In this document: piece by piece, positions 39,545 through 50,026 of the stretch | Layout: the number at the start of each line of letters is the position of its first letter | Numbering within the stretch: position 1 is the stretch's first letter | DNA from: Clostridium sp. | GTDB taxonomy: Bacteria; Bacillota_I; Bacilli_A; RF39; UBA660 | NCBI GenBank assembly: GCA_023665725.1 | Contig: JAMPDH010000001.1 | Coordinates: 3,567-67,566 of the forward strand | DNA length: 64,000 nucleotides | Reading direction: 5' to 3' | Translations under genes and position numbers: made by a program | The notes under the pieces: generated by a model | What the model was told of the DNA's origin: nothing | Databases searched by the model: none | Seen by the model: the letters and a program-made list of their open reading frames with translations, nothing else

Positions 39545-40342
39545 ATGAATGAAAAGAAAAAAGGTATAATTTTATTAATAATAGTAGGAATAATAGTAGT
39601 ACTTATATTAGTTGGTGTAATTTGTAATATTATGGAACAAAAGAAAGTTTTTGATAAATTTAATGAATATTATAATGGGTCTCAAGCAACTTTAGTTGTA
39701 TTAAGAAAAGATGGATGTGTATATTGTGAGGCTTATGAACCTGAAATAGAGTTTATGTCAAAGTACTATGGATTTTCATATGAAGAATTAAGTATAGATA
39801 AATTAAGTACATCTGATTATAGTAAGATGTTAGAAATGTTGGGAATTACTGATACCTCTAAATTTGGAACACCATATACTGTTATACTTCAAAATAAAAG
39901 TGTTGTAGCAACTTTAGCGGGGGCACAAGAAGAAGAACAGATTTTTAAATTTTTAAAGGATAACAATTTTGTTAAACAGGATGATAAATTATTAATTGAT
40001 TATGTAGATTATAATGGATATGTTTCCGCTTTGAACAGTAAGGATAAAACTGTAATAGCACTCGCACAAACATCATGTATTCATTGCAAGAATGTGAAAC
40101 CGGTATTAAATGAGTTAATAAGAGATTATAATATAGATATAAAGGTTTTGAATGTGGATTTATTAGCTGAGGAAGATTATAATAAACTTAATGAATCATT
40201 AGAATTCTTTAAAACTGTACAATGGGGAACACCAACCTTTTTAATAGTCCAAGATGGTAAATTATTAGATTATATATCTGGTGAGCAAACTAAGGATACA
40301 TTTGTTAATAAATTCAAGCAACTACAATTAATTGGTGAATAA
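39545..40342 (+). CDS. Membrane-anchored tandem thioredoxin-like protein (two CxxC domains)
   Basis: N-terminal TM; CVYC and CIHC motifs in two Trx-like repeats. Confidence 0.65.
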   Translation: MNEKKKGIILLIIVGIIVVLILVGVICNIMEQKKVFDKFNEYYNGSQATLVVLRKDGCVYCEAYEPEIEFMSKYYGFSYEELSIDKLSTSDYSKMLEMLGITDTSKFGTPYTVILQNKSVVATLAGAQEEEQIFKFLKDNNFVKQDDKLLIDYVDYNGYVSALNSKDKTVIALAQTSCIHCKNVKPVLNELIRDYNIDIKVLNVDLLAEEDYNKLNESLEFFKTVQWGTPTFLIVQDGKLLDYISGEQTKDTFVNKFKQLQLIGE

Positions 40343-40344
40343 AT

Positions 40345-40791
40345 ATGCAAGAAACTATATATAAACAAGCTAAAGAGTTTAAACATAAATATCCTCGTAC
40401 TATAGCTTGGCGCCTTAATGCCCATTCTAAAGTTTTAGCAAATCATATTTGTAAAGATGAAGCAATACAATATGTTTTTACCGCACAAAAAAATGATAAT
40501 CCACTTGATATAATATCTACAAATATAATAGTTATAACAGATAAAAGAATATTATTAGGTCAAAAAAGATTATTATTTGGATATTTATTTTCATCTATTA
40601 CTCCAGACATGTTTAATGATATAAAAGTAAAAATGGGCGTTATATGGGGGAAAATTCTTATTGATACTGTAAAAGAATTTATAGTGCTTTCAAATATTCA
40701 AATGGAAGCTTTACAAGAAATAGAAAAGGTAGTATCAAAATATATTATGGAACAAAAATCAAAATATATTGAAGTAGAAAAAAACGTATGA
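40345..40791 (+). CDS. Bacterial PH-domain (YokE-like) protein
   Basis: 148 aa; weak resemblance to bPH/GRAM-like domains; coupled to the Trx gene (3-nt gap). Confidence 0.4.
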   Translation: MQETIYKQAKEFKHKYPRTIAWRLNAHSKVLANHICKDEAIQYVFTAQKNDNPLDIISTNIIVITDKRILLGQKRLLFGYLFSSITPDMFNDIKVKMGVIWGKILIDTVKEFIVLSNIQMEALQEIEKVVSKYIMEQKSKYIEVEKNV

Positions 40792-40826
40792 TTATTTATA
40801 CGTTTTCGTTGTAAGAGGTGGTATTT

Positions 40827-42065
40827 GTGAAAAATAGATTAAAAATAATAATGGTTACTATGTTTTTAATTTTTTATATAAGAGTAGCATATTTGTTTTT
40901 AAGAACTAGTTTTTCCAATCAATATACACTTAAAAATGAAAATTACGAATTCAAGATAATTGAAACTTATAAAGAATCAGATTTAGATAATTTAAAAGGT
41001 TATCTATTTAATATAGAGGTAGATAATAATGTTTTTGAATTTCAATTATATGATAATATGAATAGAGATGAAAAAATAATTAAAAAACTTTATTATTATA
41101 CTGATAATGAGAATAGTTGTATATACCCAGTTTTTAAGGATAATATACAACATGTTGATATATTATGTAAACAAGAAAATTATTATATATATTTTAATAG
41201 TATTGAAAATAAATCACAGGATTTAAGAAATTTTACAAAACATATAGCAGAATATAGTGATATATCTAATAATAATGAAGAAATCGTTTTAGAAAATGTT
41301 ATATATAATAGTAATTTTAAAGATTACGGAATAGTCACTAACTATAAGGGCTATTATAATTTAAAAACTAAAGAGAATAAAGTATTATTTAAAAATGATA
41401 TATATAATCAAAATTTAAGTACATTTGTAGATAATTATTATATAGTTGCCGACTATAACCAAACATATAATTTTGATAAGATATATGTTATAGATATGTT
41501 AAATGATAAACAAAAAGAAATAATTTGTTATCCAAAAATATCATTTGATTCATATATACAAGGTGTTGTAAATAACAGAATATATGTTTATGATAAAATA
41601 AATAAAAAACAATATGAAATAGACATAAATAAAAATACTATTCGTGAAGTTGGAAATTTAAATAAAGGAATAAAAATATATAAAAACAATACTTGGATTA
41701 TAGAGAGTGCCGCTAATTGTACAAATAGTAAAATATTATTTGACGGCAAATATATATCAGATATAAGTAATGATATATATGAAAGAATAGATAGGGTTGG
41801 GCAAAAATTAGGTTATTATTATTACTATGAAAAAAAGGATGGCTATTATAGTGTCTATAGATCATCATTAGATAACATAAATTTAAAAACATTTATTTTT
41901 AAAACTAATACAATAAGTAAAATATTATATATAAATGATATAGTTTATTTTATAGATAATGATACATTAAAATATTATACTGATAAAAATGGAGTTCAAA
42001 ATATATTCAAATTTAAAGAATTTATATTTAATGATAGTATAACATTTGGTATATATATAAAATAA
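40827..42065 (+). CDS. Hypothetical membrane-anchored extracytoplasmic protein, Tyr/Asn-rich repeats
   Basis: GTG start with AAGAGGTGG SD; N-terminal TM; repeated YY..Y beta-strand-like motifs. Confidence 0.5.
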   Translation: MKNRLKIIMVTMFLIFYIRVAYLFLRTSFSNQYTLKNENYEFKIIETYKESDLDNLKGYLFNIEVDNNVFEFQLYDNMNRDEKIIKKLYYYTDNENSCIYPVFKDNIQHVDILCKQENYYIYFNSIENKSQDLRNFTKHIAEYSDISNNNEEIVLENVIYNSNFKDYGIVTNYKGYYNLKTKENKVLFKNDIYNQNLSTFVDNYYIVADYNQTYNFDKIYVIDMLNDKQKEIICYPKISFDSYIQGVVNNRIYVYDKINKKQYEIDINKNTIREVGNLNKGIKIYKNNTWIIESAANCTNSKILFDGKYISDISNDIYERIDRVGQKLGYYYYYEKKDGYYSVYRSSLDNINLKTFIFKTNTISKILYINDIVYFIDNDTLKYYTDKNGVQNIFKFKEFIFNDSITFGIYIK

Positions 42066-42068
42066 TAC

Positions 42069-42752
42069 TTAATTATTTTTATCTATTTTAGACTTAGAAA
42101 GTATAGATTTTAAATTTGGAAAAGCTTTAAATATTCTTTTAGTAAAAAATTTTTTGTTCGTTAGTTCTGCCCTAACACTATTATAAAATTCATTTGTATA
42201 ATCTTTTTTTAAATTAGCAACTGAGACTTTAACATTTTTAATTATATTAAATGAAATGATTACATCACTACAAAATAGAATAAATATTATAGAAACTACT
42301 ATATAAAATACAACTTGATTTATTCCGTTAAATAGACCTAATATAAATGGATTCATAAATTCAATTAATAATATTCCCAAAAGCCCAAATCCAATTGTGT
42401 TTATCAAACAAACTCTACCATTTATATTGAAAGCTCTATCTGTGTAATCCCACCATCTCGCTTTAAATATTTTTTCTAGAAGAAAACTAGTAAAATATTC
42501 AACAATTGTACATATAGATAAAGACATAAAAAATAAAACTAAAATATCACCTGAATAACGTGATAACAATATAATCATAATAATAGAAGCAAATCCATAT
42601 ATAGGACAGTAAGGACCAATTAGAAATCCTCTATTTGCAAATTTGTGACCCATAAAAATATTTTCTGTAATCATCTCTATAATCCATCCAATAAATGAAT
42701 ATGTAATAAATAAACTAAAATAAAGCAAAATAAATTTTAAAACCTCTAACAT
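42069..42752 (-). CDS. Polytopic membrane protein of the CmpB-like putative ABC-transporter type IV family (PF06541)
   Basis: motif WIIEMI..E ... NRGFLIGPYCPIYGF characteristic of that family; family call from memory. Confidence 0.55.
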   Translation of the reverse strand: MLEVLKFILLYFSLFITYSFIGWIIEMITENIFMGHKFANRGFLIGPYCPIYGFASIIMIILLSRYSGDILVLFFMSLSICTIVEYFTSFLLEKIFKARWWDYTDRAFNINGRVCLINTIGFGLLGILLIEFMNPFILGLFNGINQVVFYIVVSIIFILFCSDVIISFNIIKNVKVSVANLKKDYTNEFYNSVRAELTNKKFFTKRIFKAFPNLKSILSKSKIDKNN

Positions 42753-42835
42753 ATATCCTCCAACCTGATTATAAGATTATATCATGATTGGTCAAATATG
42801 TAAACAATAGAGTATTTTAAATATGCAAAGGACTG

Positions 42836-44035
42836 ATGAAAGTGAATAAGGTAGGAATCGTATTATCCGGTGGTGGGGCTAAAGGTGCATATCAAATAGG
42901 AGTATGGAAAGCACTAAAGAAATTAAAAATTAAATATGATGTTGTAACTGGCACGAGTGTTGGAGCTTTAAATGGATTATTATTTGTTCAAAAAGATTAT
43001 AGAAAAGCACATAAAATCTGGAAAAATTTGAATTATAATATTATTTTTGATGATATATCCAATTTAAAAAATGAAAATGCATATAAAACTTATATAAAAG
43101 AAACTGTAAAAAAAGGTGGGATGAATGTAAATAAATTAAAAGAGCTCATAGATAAAGTTTTTGATGAAAGAAAATTTTATTCTTCAAAAATTGATTATGG
43201 CATAGTCGTATTTAATTTAAGTAAATTAAAGGCCGAAATGCTATCAAAAAGTGAACTTACGAAAGATAAGATAAAAGACTATGTTTTAGCGTCATCTACA
43301 TTTTTCCCTTTCTTTAAATTAAAAAATATACAAGGTGAGAATTATATAGATGGTGGTGTATATGATAATATGCCAATTAATTTATGCGCAGAATTAGGCG
43401 CAAATAAAATAATCGTAATCGATATGAAAGCAATAGGTATTAAACAAAAGGTTAAGGATAAAAATTTAGAAATAATAACTATAGCACCAAAAAATAAGAT
43501 AATACCACTTCTTATATTTGATAAGGCATTATCGATAAAAACAATGAAATTTGGCTATAATGACACAATGAAAAAATTTGGAATATATGATGGAAAAATC
43601 TTTACATTTAAAAAAAATAAAATTTCTTTATACGAAAATGTTATGAAAACTATGTCTTTTAAAATATTATCATTTTTATCAGATAGATCAAAACATCAAA
43701 TATTTATGCCGATTTCTAAATTCGCACTCATAGATATACTAGAGAACCTTGGCGAAACATTTGATTTAAATCAAGAAAAGATATACAGTATAAAAAGATT
43801 TAATAAAGAATTAATAAGTAAATTAAATAAAGATGATGATGGTATGACACAAAAGATTGATAAAAAAGTATTAGCGCAAAGTAATAGTATAAAAAGAAAA
43901 CCATATTTTATAAAATATATTATAAGAATAATACTTAGTAGAAATAATAAAATGATACAAGTATTGGCTAAAAATTATCCAAGAGATTTTTTGGGAGCGG
44001 TATATTTATATACATTAATTTATAATAAAAATTAA
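42836..44035 (+). CDS. Patatin-like phospholipase
   Basis: GGGAKGAYQIG oxyanion motif and GTSVGA nucleophile elbow. Confidence 0.85.
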   Translation: MKVNKVGIVLSGGGAKGAYQIGVWKALKKLKIKYDVVTGTSVGALNGLLFVQKDYRKAHKIWKNLNYNIIFDDISNLKNENAYKTYIKETVKKGGMNVNKLKELIDKVFDERKFYSSKIDYGIVVFNLSKLKAEMLSKSELTKDKIKDYVLASSTFFPFFKLKNIQGENYIDGGVYDNMPINLCAELGANKIIVIDMKAIGIKQKVKDKNLEIITIAPKNKIIPLLIFDKALSIKTMKFGYNDTMKKFGIYDGKIFTFKKNKISLYENVMKTMSFKILSFLSDRSKHQIFMPISKFALIDILENLGETFDLNQEKIYSIKRFNKELISKLNKDDDGMTQKIDKKVLAQSNSIKRKPYFIKYIIRIILSRNNKMIQVLAKNYPRDFLGAVYLYTLIYNKN

Positions 44036-44082
44036 ATTTGTGGTATACTTATATTAATTATTCGTTGAAAAGAGGTAAATAT

Positions 44083-45093
44083 ATGGAAAGAAAGAGAATG
44101 CTTACAGGGATTCGACCTACTGGGAACTTACATATAGGTCATTACTTTGGTACAGTAAAAAATTGGGTAGAACTACAAAATGATAATGAAATGTTTATTG
44201 AAATAGCGGATGTTCAGGCATTAACTGATAATTTTGACAACCCGGAAAAAATAAGAAAAAATGTCAAAGAAATAGCCCTTGATTTATTGTCCATTGGAAT
44301 TGATCCTGATAAGACCACTTTATTTTTACAATCTAGAATACCAGAAATTGCGGAATTAACAGTTTTTTTCTCAAATCTTGTTACTATGTCTAGATTATAT
44401 AGAAATCCAACAGTAAAAACTGAAATAGCTCAAAAAAAGGAAGTATTTGGAAATTATGGTGAAAGTGTAACATATGGTTTTGTTGGGTATCCTGTAAGTC
44501 AAACAGCAGATATAGTTGCATTTGGTGGGGAAATAATACCTGTTGGTGATGATCAGCAACCATTAATTGAACAAGCAAGGGAAATTATTAGAAAATTCAA
44601 TTCCATATATAATTCAAACCTAAAAGAGCCCGAAGCATTACTTAATAAAACGAGTAGAATAAAAGGAATTGATGGTAATGTTAAAATGGGAAAAAGTTTA
44701 GGGAATGCAATATATTTAGTAGATAGTGAAGAAGAAATTTCAAGAAAAATAATGAGCGCTGTAACAGATCCCAAAAAAATAAAGGCAAATGACCCTGCTA
44801 ATCCGGATATATGTATGGTTTATTATTATCATAATCTTGTAAATAAGGAAAATTTAAATACTGTATGTAGTGAGTGTAAAAATGGTAAAAGAGGATGCGT
44901 TAATTGTAAAAAAGAATTAATACAAAAAATGAATGAATTTTTATATCCTATAAGGATAAAACGTAAATATTATGAGGAACATATTGATAAAGTTAATGAT
45001 ATCCTGTTAGAAGGTAGTAATATAGCAAAACAAAATGCAGAAAAAATTGTATTTGATATAAAAAAAGATATGAAAATAAACTATTTTGAATAA
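44083..45093 (+). CDS. trpS: Tryptophan--tRNA ligase
   Basis: class I motifs TGNLHIGH (HIGH) and KMGKSLGN (KMSKS). Confidence 0.9.
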   Translation: MERKRMLTGIRPTGNLHIGHYFGTVKNWVELQNDNEMFIEIADVQALTDNFDNPEKIRKNVKEIALDLLSIGIDPDKTTLFLQSRIPEIAELTVFFSNLVTMSRLYRNPTVKTEIAQKKEVFGNYGESVTYGFVGYPVSQTADIVAFGGEIIPVGDDQQPLIEQAREIIRKFNSIYNSNLKEPEALLNKTSRIKGIDGNVKMGKSLGNAIYLVDSEEEISRKIMSAVTDPKKIKANDPANPDICMVYYYHNLVNKENLNTVCSECKNGKRGCVNCKKELIQKMNEFLYPIRIKRKYYEEHIDKVNDILLEGSNIAKQNAEKIVFDIKKDMKINYFE

Positions 45094-45156
45094 AATGTTA
45101 TAAAGTTAAGTACTTATATTTAAATATAGGTACTTTTAATTTTAGGAGAAAGATTT

Positions 45157-45981
45157 ATGAAAGAATGGATAATAAATGTTTTAAAAGGTTTAATTATCGG
45201 GATTGGTAAAATAATTCCGGGTGTAAGTGGCGCAGTTTTGGCAATATCACTTGGTGTATATGAAAAAAGTTTAAATGCTATAAGTAAATTGACGAAAGAA
45301 AATATTAGATTTTTGTTAAATATTTGTATAGGTATAATTTTATCAATAATTGTTTTTAGTAAGGCAATAAATTATTCACTAAGCAACTTTTATCTTCCGA
45401 CAATGTTACTTTTTATTGGTTTAATAATGGGTGGAATAGGTGATATAAAAAAAAATATTGGTGAGCTTAATGGTAAAAAAATTTTGATTTTTATAATTAC
45501 ATTTACTTTACTTTTTTTAGTTTGTTTAATAACAGGAGAAAGAAATATAGAATTAAACCTTAATATAACCACATATATAGCTTTAGTATTTGCAGGTATA
45601 ATAGATGCATTTGCAACTATTGTACCTGGAATTAGTGGAACTGCATTGCTTATGATATATGGTTATTATAATATAATAATAAACTCTATAGCTAATGTTT
45701 TTAATGCTTCTATGTTTGTAAATAATATATTTATTCTTTCTGCATATGGTATAGGTATGATAATAGGAATATTAATATTTTCTAAAATAATAAATTATTA
45801 TTTTAAGCGAAAAAAGGTATATATGTACTCTTCCATTTTTGGCTTTGTTACAGCAACTATTGTAATACTTTTTTTAAAAACATTTATTTATTCAAGACAA
45901 ATTAATAATATTTTTACAATTTTAATTTCTTTAGTTCTTCTTGTTATTGGATATTTTTTAGCAAAAAAAATCAGTAAATAA
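45157..45981 (+). CDS. DUF368 family membrane protein (undecaprenyl-phosphate translocase-like)
   Basis: conserved IIPGVSGA motifs in both halves (GIGKIIPGVSGAVLA; IVPGISGTALL). Confidence 0.75.
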   Translation: MKEWIINVLKGLIIGIGKIIPGVSGAVLAISLGVYEKSLNAISKLTKENIRFLLNICIGIILSIIVFSKAINYSLSNFYLPTMLLFIGLIMGGIGDIKKNIGELNGKKILIFIITFTLLFLVCLITGERNIELNLNITTYIALVFAGIIDAFATIVPGISGTALLMIYGYYNIIINSIANVFNASMFVNNIFILSAYGIGMIIGILIFSKIINYYFKRKKVYMYSSIFGFVTATIVILFLKTFIYSRQINNIFTILISLVLLVIGYFLAKKISK

Positions 45982-46005
45982 CATATTCTATATTAGTGGA
46001 AAGGA

Positions 46006-46338
46006 ATGAAAGTATATATGAATAAAAAACCTAGTGTTTTTGTTAACAAAATTGATAAAGAACTAAAGAATAATGAAAAAGTATATTTTTCGCGAAACGA
46101 AACAAGCGAAAAAACAGATAAATCTAATATTGATACATCAAAGAAGTCTATAGATGTGCAACTTAAGGAAATGTTTGAATCCACCAGTTATATATACAAG
46201 GCAGATGTTGTAATTAAAACCAAAGATGGTGTTTTGGAAAAAAGAGTAATTGGAAGAAATAATAGTCATTTGATAACAATGGATAATGAACTTATTCCTA
46301 TATCTGATATTATTGAAATTAAAAATAAAAACGAGTAA
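46006..46338 (+). CDS. Small hypothetical protein, possibly YolD-like
   Basis: 110 aa; weak memory-based resemblance to the YolD-like family. Confidence 0.3.
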   Translation: MKVYMNKKPSVFVNKIDKELKNNEKVYFSRNETSEKTDKSNIDTSKKSIDVQLKEMFESTSYIYKADVVIKTKDGVLEKRVIGRNNSHLITMDNELIPISDIIEIKNKNE

Positions 46339-46346
46339 CCTCGTTT

Positions 46347-46778
46347 TTAAATGCATTCTACGAATGTGTCAGATAAACATCTAATAGAGCAAACGCAATT
46401 TAAGTTCATAGTAAAGAAAGAATTTGTTGTTACATAAGGTATTGATGTTTGAGTAGTATCAGGATTTGGCGCTAAAACTCTGAATGTAGCACAACAACCA
46501 TCTAATTTTTCAATTCTAAATACACTTGATGTTGTAGACGTTTCTTCCTTTTCAATAGGCATACTCCAAGGAGTACCGTTACCGCAGCATGTATATAGCA
46601 TTACAGGTCTAGTATTGCAACTTACTGTTGAGATTGAACATCCTAAGAATCCTCTATCGCAAGTATCTAAGCAAGCAGTCCCACAGTCAGCATTTTTTTG
46701 AAGTATTAAAATTACTTTTAATATTTCATTTATGCATTGACATTCATTAGAATTATCATTATTACACATATAATCCAC
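46347..46778 (-). CDS. Cysteine-rich spore coat/exosporium protein of the CotY/CotZ/ExsY family
   Basis: collinear with Bacillus ExsY/CotY: NTRPVMLYT, VFRIEKLDGCCATFRVL, NLNCVCSIRCL; many Cys. Confidence 0.6.
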   Translation of the reverse strand: MDYMCNNDNSNECQCINEILKVILILQKNADCGTACLDTCDRGFLGCSISTVSCNTRPVMLYTCCGNGTPWSMPIEKEETSTTSSVFRIEKLDGCCATFRVLAPNPDTTQTSIPYVTTNSFFTMNLNCVCSIRCLSDTFVECI

Positions 46779-46926
46779 CCCTTCATTTATTTTTCTAATA
46801 TAGCATATTCATTAAATATAAATGGGTGTGAATTAAAAACCTAATTTGTTAATTTTTTAATGTGTTTTGTATTGTAAAAAAAATTTTTTTGTTTTATAAT
46901 AAATTGGAGAATAGGGAGGGTATTAA

Positions 46927-47664
46927 ATGAATAAGATTTTATTTAAAAATGATTTAGGTGAAAGTGTTATAGCAAATGTGTTGAGATATTTTAAATTTAA
47001 TGATGATCAATATATGATTTATTCATTAAACGAAATTGATGAATCTGATTATATGAAATTGTATGGTGTTAAAATTGAGTTAGACCAAGATAATGAGGTA
47101 ACAGCAAAAGCAATAGATGATTCTGCGTGGTCAAGTGTTGTTTCTTTAATAAAAGATATAGTAAGAGCTAAAACTCAAGGTGAGAAAATAGATGTTAATG
47201 ATTTGAATTTTGATTTTATAGATTCTATAAATTTAATTTCCAAAAGGGTTTTTAAAATAAACAAGGATATGGCTAATTTGTTATTAGAAGAAGAACAACA
47301 AGAGCAGGAACAATTTGAATCATCAGATACGAATGAAGATAACGATGAAACTAAATCTGCTCAATCTGATAATAAATTAACAGAGGAATTTAATAGTAAT
47401 TCGATGTCTATTGTACAACCTTTTGAGATGCCTAATTTAAATTTAGAAGATACAAATTTAGAAGATGCAACTGAGGGTATTCAAGATGATATTCAAGGTA
47501 GTATTGATGATAATCAAATTTCTTCTCAAAATCAAAATAATACAGATGATTATAATTATAAGGAATTGTATGAAAAACTACTTGAGCAAAACAAAAGTTT
47601 AATTGAGGAAAATGATTCACTAAGAGCAAAAATTACTGGTATAGAAAGTATATTAAGGGACTAA
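46927..47664 (+). CDS. DUF1292-like N-terminal domain protein with acidic low-complexity middle and coiled-coil C-terminus
   Basis: N-terminal KNDLGESVIANVLRYFKFNDDQYMIY pattern; D/E/N/Q-rich centre. Confidence 0.4.
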   Translation: MNKILFKNDLGESVIANVLRYFKFNDDQYMIYSLNEIDESDYMKLYGVKIELDQDNEVTAKAIDDSAWSSVVSLIKDIVRAKTQGEKIDVNDLNFDFIDSINLISKRVFKINKDMANLLLEEEQQEQEQFESSDTNEDNDETKSAQSDNKLTEEFNSNSMSIVQPFEMPNLNLEDTNLEDATEGIQDDIQGSIDDNQISSQNQNNTDDYNYKELYEKLLEQNKSLIEENDSLRAKITGIESILRD

Positions 47665-47712
47665 ATATCATAATTCAGTCCTTTTTTCATAGTATTTTAT
47701 TGAGGTGAATAT

Positions 47713-48666
47713 ATGAAAAATGTTATTAATTACTATTATAATATTAATGCAGACAATATTCATCAAAATAATCGGAATTATAGGTTTAGAATTGATAATA
47801 TAGACTATTTTTTTGTTTTGTATAATGAAAATATAGATAATATAAAAAAAATTTATGATATTCACCTTTTAATACTTCAAATGGGATTATACTGTCATGA
47901 AATAGTTTTGAATATAGATAATAGCCCGCTTACTCTTGTTGATGGAAAATATTATATTCTTCTTCGAGTGAAAATTCAAAATAGAAAAGTAGAATTGGAA
48001 GATGTTTTGTATTTTTCACAATATTATATTATCCCATCAAATAATAGTACTTATTATAATGGAAACTTTAATAAGAAAAAAGTAAGGAGTGCTGCTCCAT
48101 ATGATATGCTTTATATAAATGATTGGTTTAATTTATGGACACAAAAAACTGATTACATAGAGTATCAAGTTAGTCAAGTCGGCATTAAGTATCCATTGAT
48201 AAATTCAAGTGCTAGTTATTATATTGGACTTTCAGAGAATGCAATATCATATTTAAAAAATAATCCTACAACTAATATTCATTATTCAATATCGCATAAA
48301 AGGATAAAAAGTAACTCTACACTTTTCGATTTATATAATCCAGTGAATTTTATTATAGATTCATCAGTTAGGGATATTTGTGAATACATAAAGGATAGTT
48401 TTTTTGAGGGTAAAAATCAAATTATTTCTTGTATTCAAAACTTGGTTTTAAGTAAAGATGATGCTATTTTTTTCATTTCTAGAATGCTGTATCCTACATA
48501 TTATTTTGATGCTATAGAGGATTGTATTGATAATAAAGAGAACGATACTAAAATACTTAAATATGTGGATAAAGTTGATAGTTTTCAGTTAGCATTAAAG
48601 GATGTCATGATATATTTGAGAAATAGGTATTCTGTTCCAGTAATTGAGTGGATAATAAAAACGTGA
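47713..48666 (+). CDS. CotS/YutH-like spore coat kinase-fold protein (tentative)
   Basis: size and scattered motifs resemble the CotS/phosphotransferase family; weak. Confidence 0.35.
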   Translation: MKNVINYYYNINADNIHQNNRNYRFRIDNIDYFFVLYNENIDNIKKIYDIHLLILQMGLYCHEIVLNIDNSPLTLVDGKYYILLRVKIQNRKVELEDVLYFSQYYIIPSNNSTYYNGNFNKKKVRSAAPYDMLYINDWFNLWTQKTDYIEYQVSQVGIKYPLINSSASYYIGLSENAISYLKNNPTTNIHYSISHKRIKSNSTLFDLYNPVNFIIDSSVRDICEYIKDSFFEGKNQIISCIQNLVLSKDDAIFFISRMLYPTYYFDAIEDCIDNKENDTKILKYVDKVDSFQLALKDVMIYLRNRYSVPVIEWIIKT

Positions 48667-48667
48667 A

Positions 48668-48892
48668 TTAATTCACGTTTATAACACCTTTTATTTCAGG
48701 GACTTCTTCTCGTATAGCTTCTTCTATTACATCACTAAGTGTAATATCAATCATTAGGCAATTAGCACAGGCACCTGCCATTTTAATGTATACAATTTTA
48801 TCCTCATATTTTATAAATTCTATATTCCCGCCATCATTTAATATATATGGTCTTATTTTATCTATAACATTTTTAATTTTTTCTTCTTCCAT
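48668..48892 (-). CDS. NifU-like (Nfu) Fe-S cluster scaffold domain protein
   Basis: C-terminal NifU motif GACANC; GGTGAT SD before the ATG. Confidence 0.75.
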   Translation of the reverse strand: MEEEKIKNVIDKIRPYILNDGGNIEFIKYEDKIVYIKMAGACANCLMIDITLSDVIEEAIREEVPEIKGVINVN

Positions 48893-49175
48893 TAGTATCA
48901 CCAATTAATATTATACATATTAACATGGATTAAGTAAAGTAGGAATTTAATATAATGTAGGATTAAAAATTTCTCATATATGATAGTAAGTTAAAATATA
49001 TATTATATGTGTGATATGTGTGAGAATGTTAATCAGTAAGTTTAAAAATCCTATTATAATTATTAAATAATTGAAATTGCATTTTTTATTAAATTAATGT
49101 GTTATATTTTAATTATTTATCACTAATTTACAATTTTACCTTATATATGTTATAATTTGTGTGAGGTGTATGTAA

Positions 49176-49550
49176 ATGAAATATGAAAAGGGTTCGATTG
49201 TTATAGGCACTGTAACAGGGATAGAAAGTTATGGCATATTTGTTTCACTCGATGAATTTTATAGTGGTTTAATTCATATTTCAGAAATAAGTAACGGCTA
49301 TGTAAGAAATATAAATAATTTTGTTAAAGTTGGTGAGATGATATTTGTAAAAGTAATCGATGTGGATAATAAATTAAATCATTTAACATTAAGTATAAAG
49401 GACATTAATTATAAAGTTATGGATAATCATGTAAAAAGGAAAATTAAAGAAACTACATTAGGATTTAAAACTTTACAGTATAATTTACCATTATGGATAA
49501 AAAAAAGTTTAAAAAAGCAAGAAAAAACAATAAAGTCTATTGACAAATAA
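49176..49550 (+). CDS. S1 RNA-binding domain protein (YabR/general stress protein 13-like)
   Basis: S1 OB-fold KGSIVIGTVTGIESYGIFVSL...GLIHISEIS. Confidence 0.8.
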   Translation: MKYEKGSIVIGTVTGIESYGIFVSLDEFYSGLIHISEISNGYVRNINNFVKVGEMIFVKVIDVDNKLNHLTLSIKDINYKVMDNHVKRKIKETTLGFKTLQYNLPLWIKKSLKKQEKTIKSIDK

Positions 49551-49586
49551 GCGTATAAATGATATATTTATTCATGTCAATGTTTT

Positions 49587-49663
49587 GGGCGATTAGCTCA
49601 GTTGGTTAGAGCACTTGCCTTACAAGCAAGGGGTCATAGGTTCGAGTCCTATATCGCCCACCA
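49587..49663 (+). tRNA. tRNA-Val (anticodon TAC)
   Basis: cloverleaf folded by hand; anticodon loop CTTACAA; 3' CCA encoded. Confidence 0.85.
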
Positions 49664-49672
49664 TTTTTATTT

Positions 49673-49748
<76 letters not shown>

Positions 49749-49756
49749 TTTTTTAT

Positions 49757-49840
49757 GGAGGGGTAGCGAAGTGGTCAAACGCGGCAGACTGTAAATCTGT
49801 TCCTTCGGGTTCGATGGTCCGAATCCATCTCCCTCCACCA
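49757..49840 (+). tRNA. tRNA-Tyr (anticodon GTA)
   Basis: anticodon loop CTGTAAA; long variable arm (class II); CCA encoded. Confidence 0.85.
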
Positions 49841-49853
49841 CTTTATTGTAGTT

Positions 49854-49928
49854 TGCCTCGTAGCCAAGCGGTAAGGCACCACACTTTGACTGTGGCATGC
49901 GCTAGTTCGAATCTAGCCGAGGCAGCCA
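49854..49928 (+). tRNA. tRNA-Gln (anticodon TTG)
   Basis: anticodon loop CTTTGAC; acceptor tgcctcg/cgaggca. Confidence 0.8.
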
Positions 49929-49950
49929 CTGTTATTATATATTTTAATAT

Positions 49951-50026
49951 GTCCCGTTAGCTCAGCAGGTAGAGCATTTGACTTTTAATCAAAGGGTCAC
50001 AGATTCGAGTTCTGTACGGGACACCA
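49951..50026 (+). tRNA. tRNA-Lys (anticodon TTT)
   Basis: anticodon loop CTTTTAA; acceptor gtcccgt/acgggac. Confidence 0.85.
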
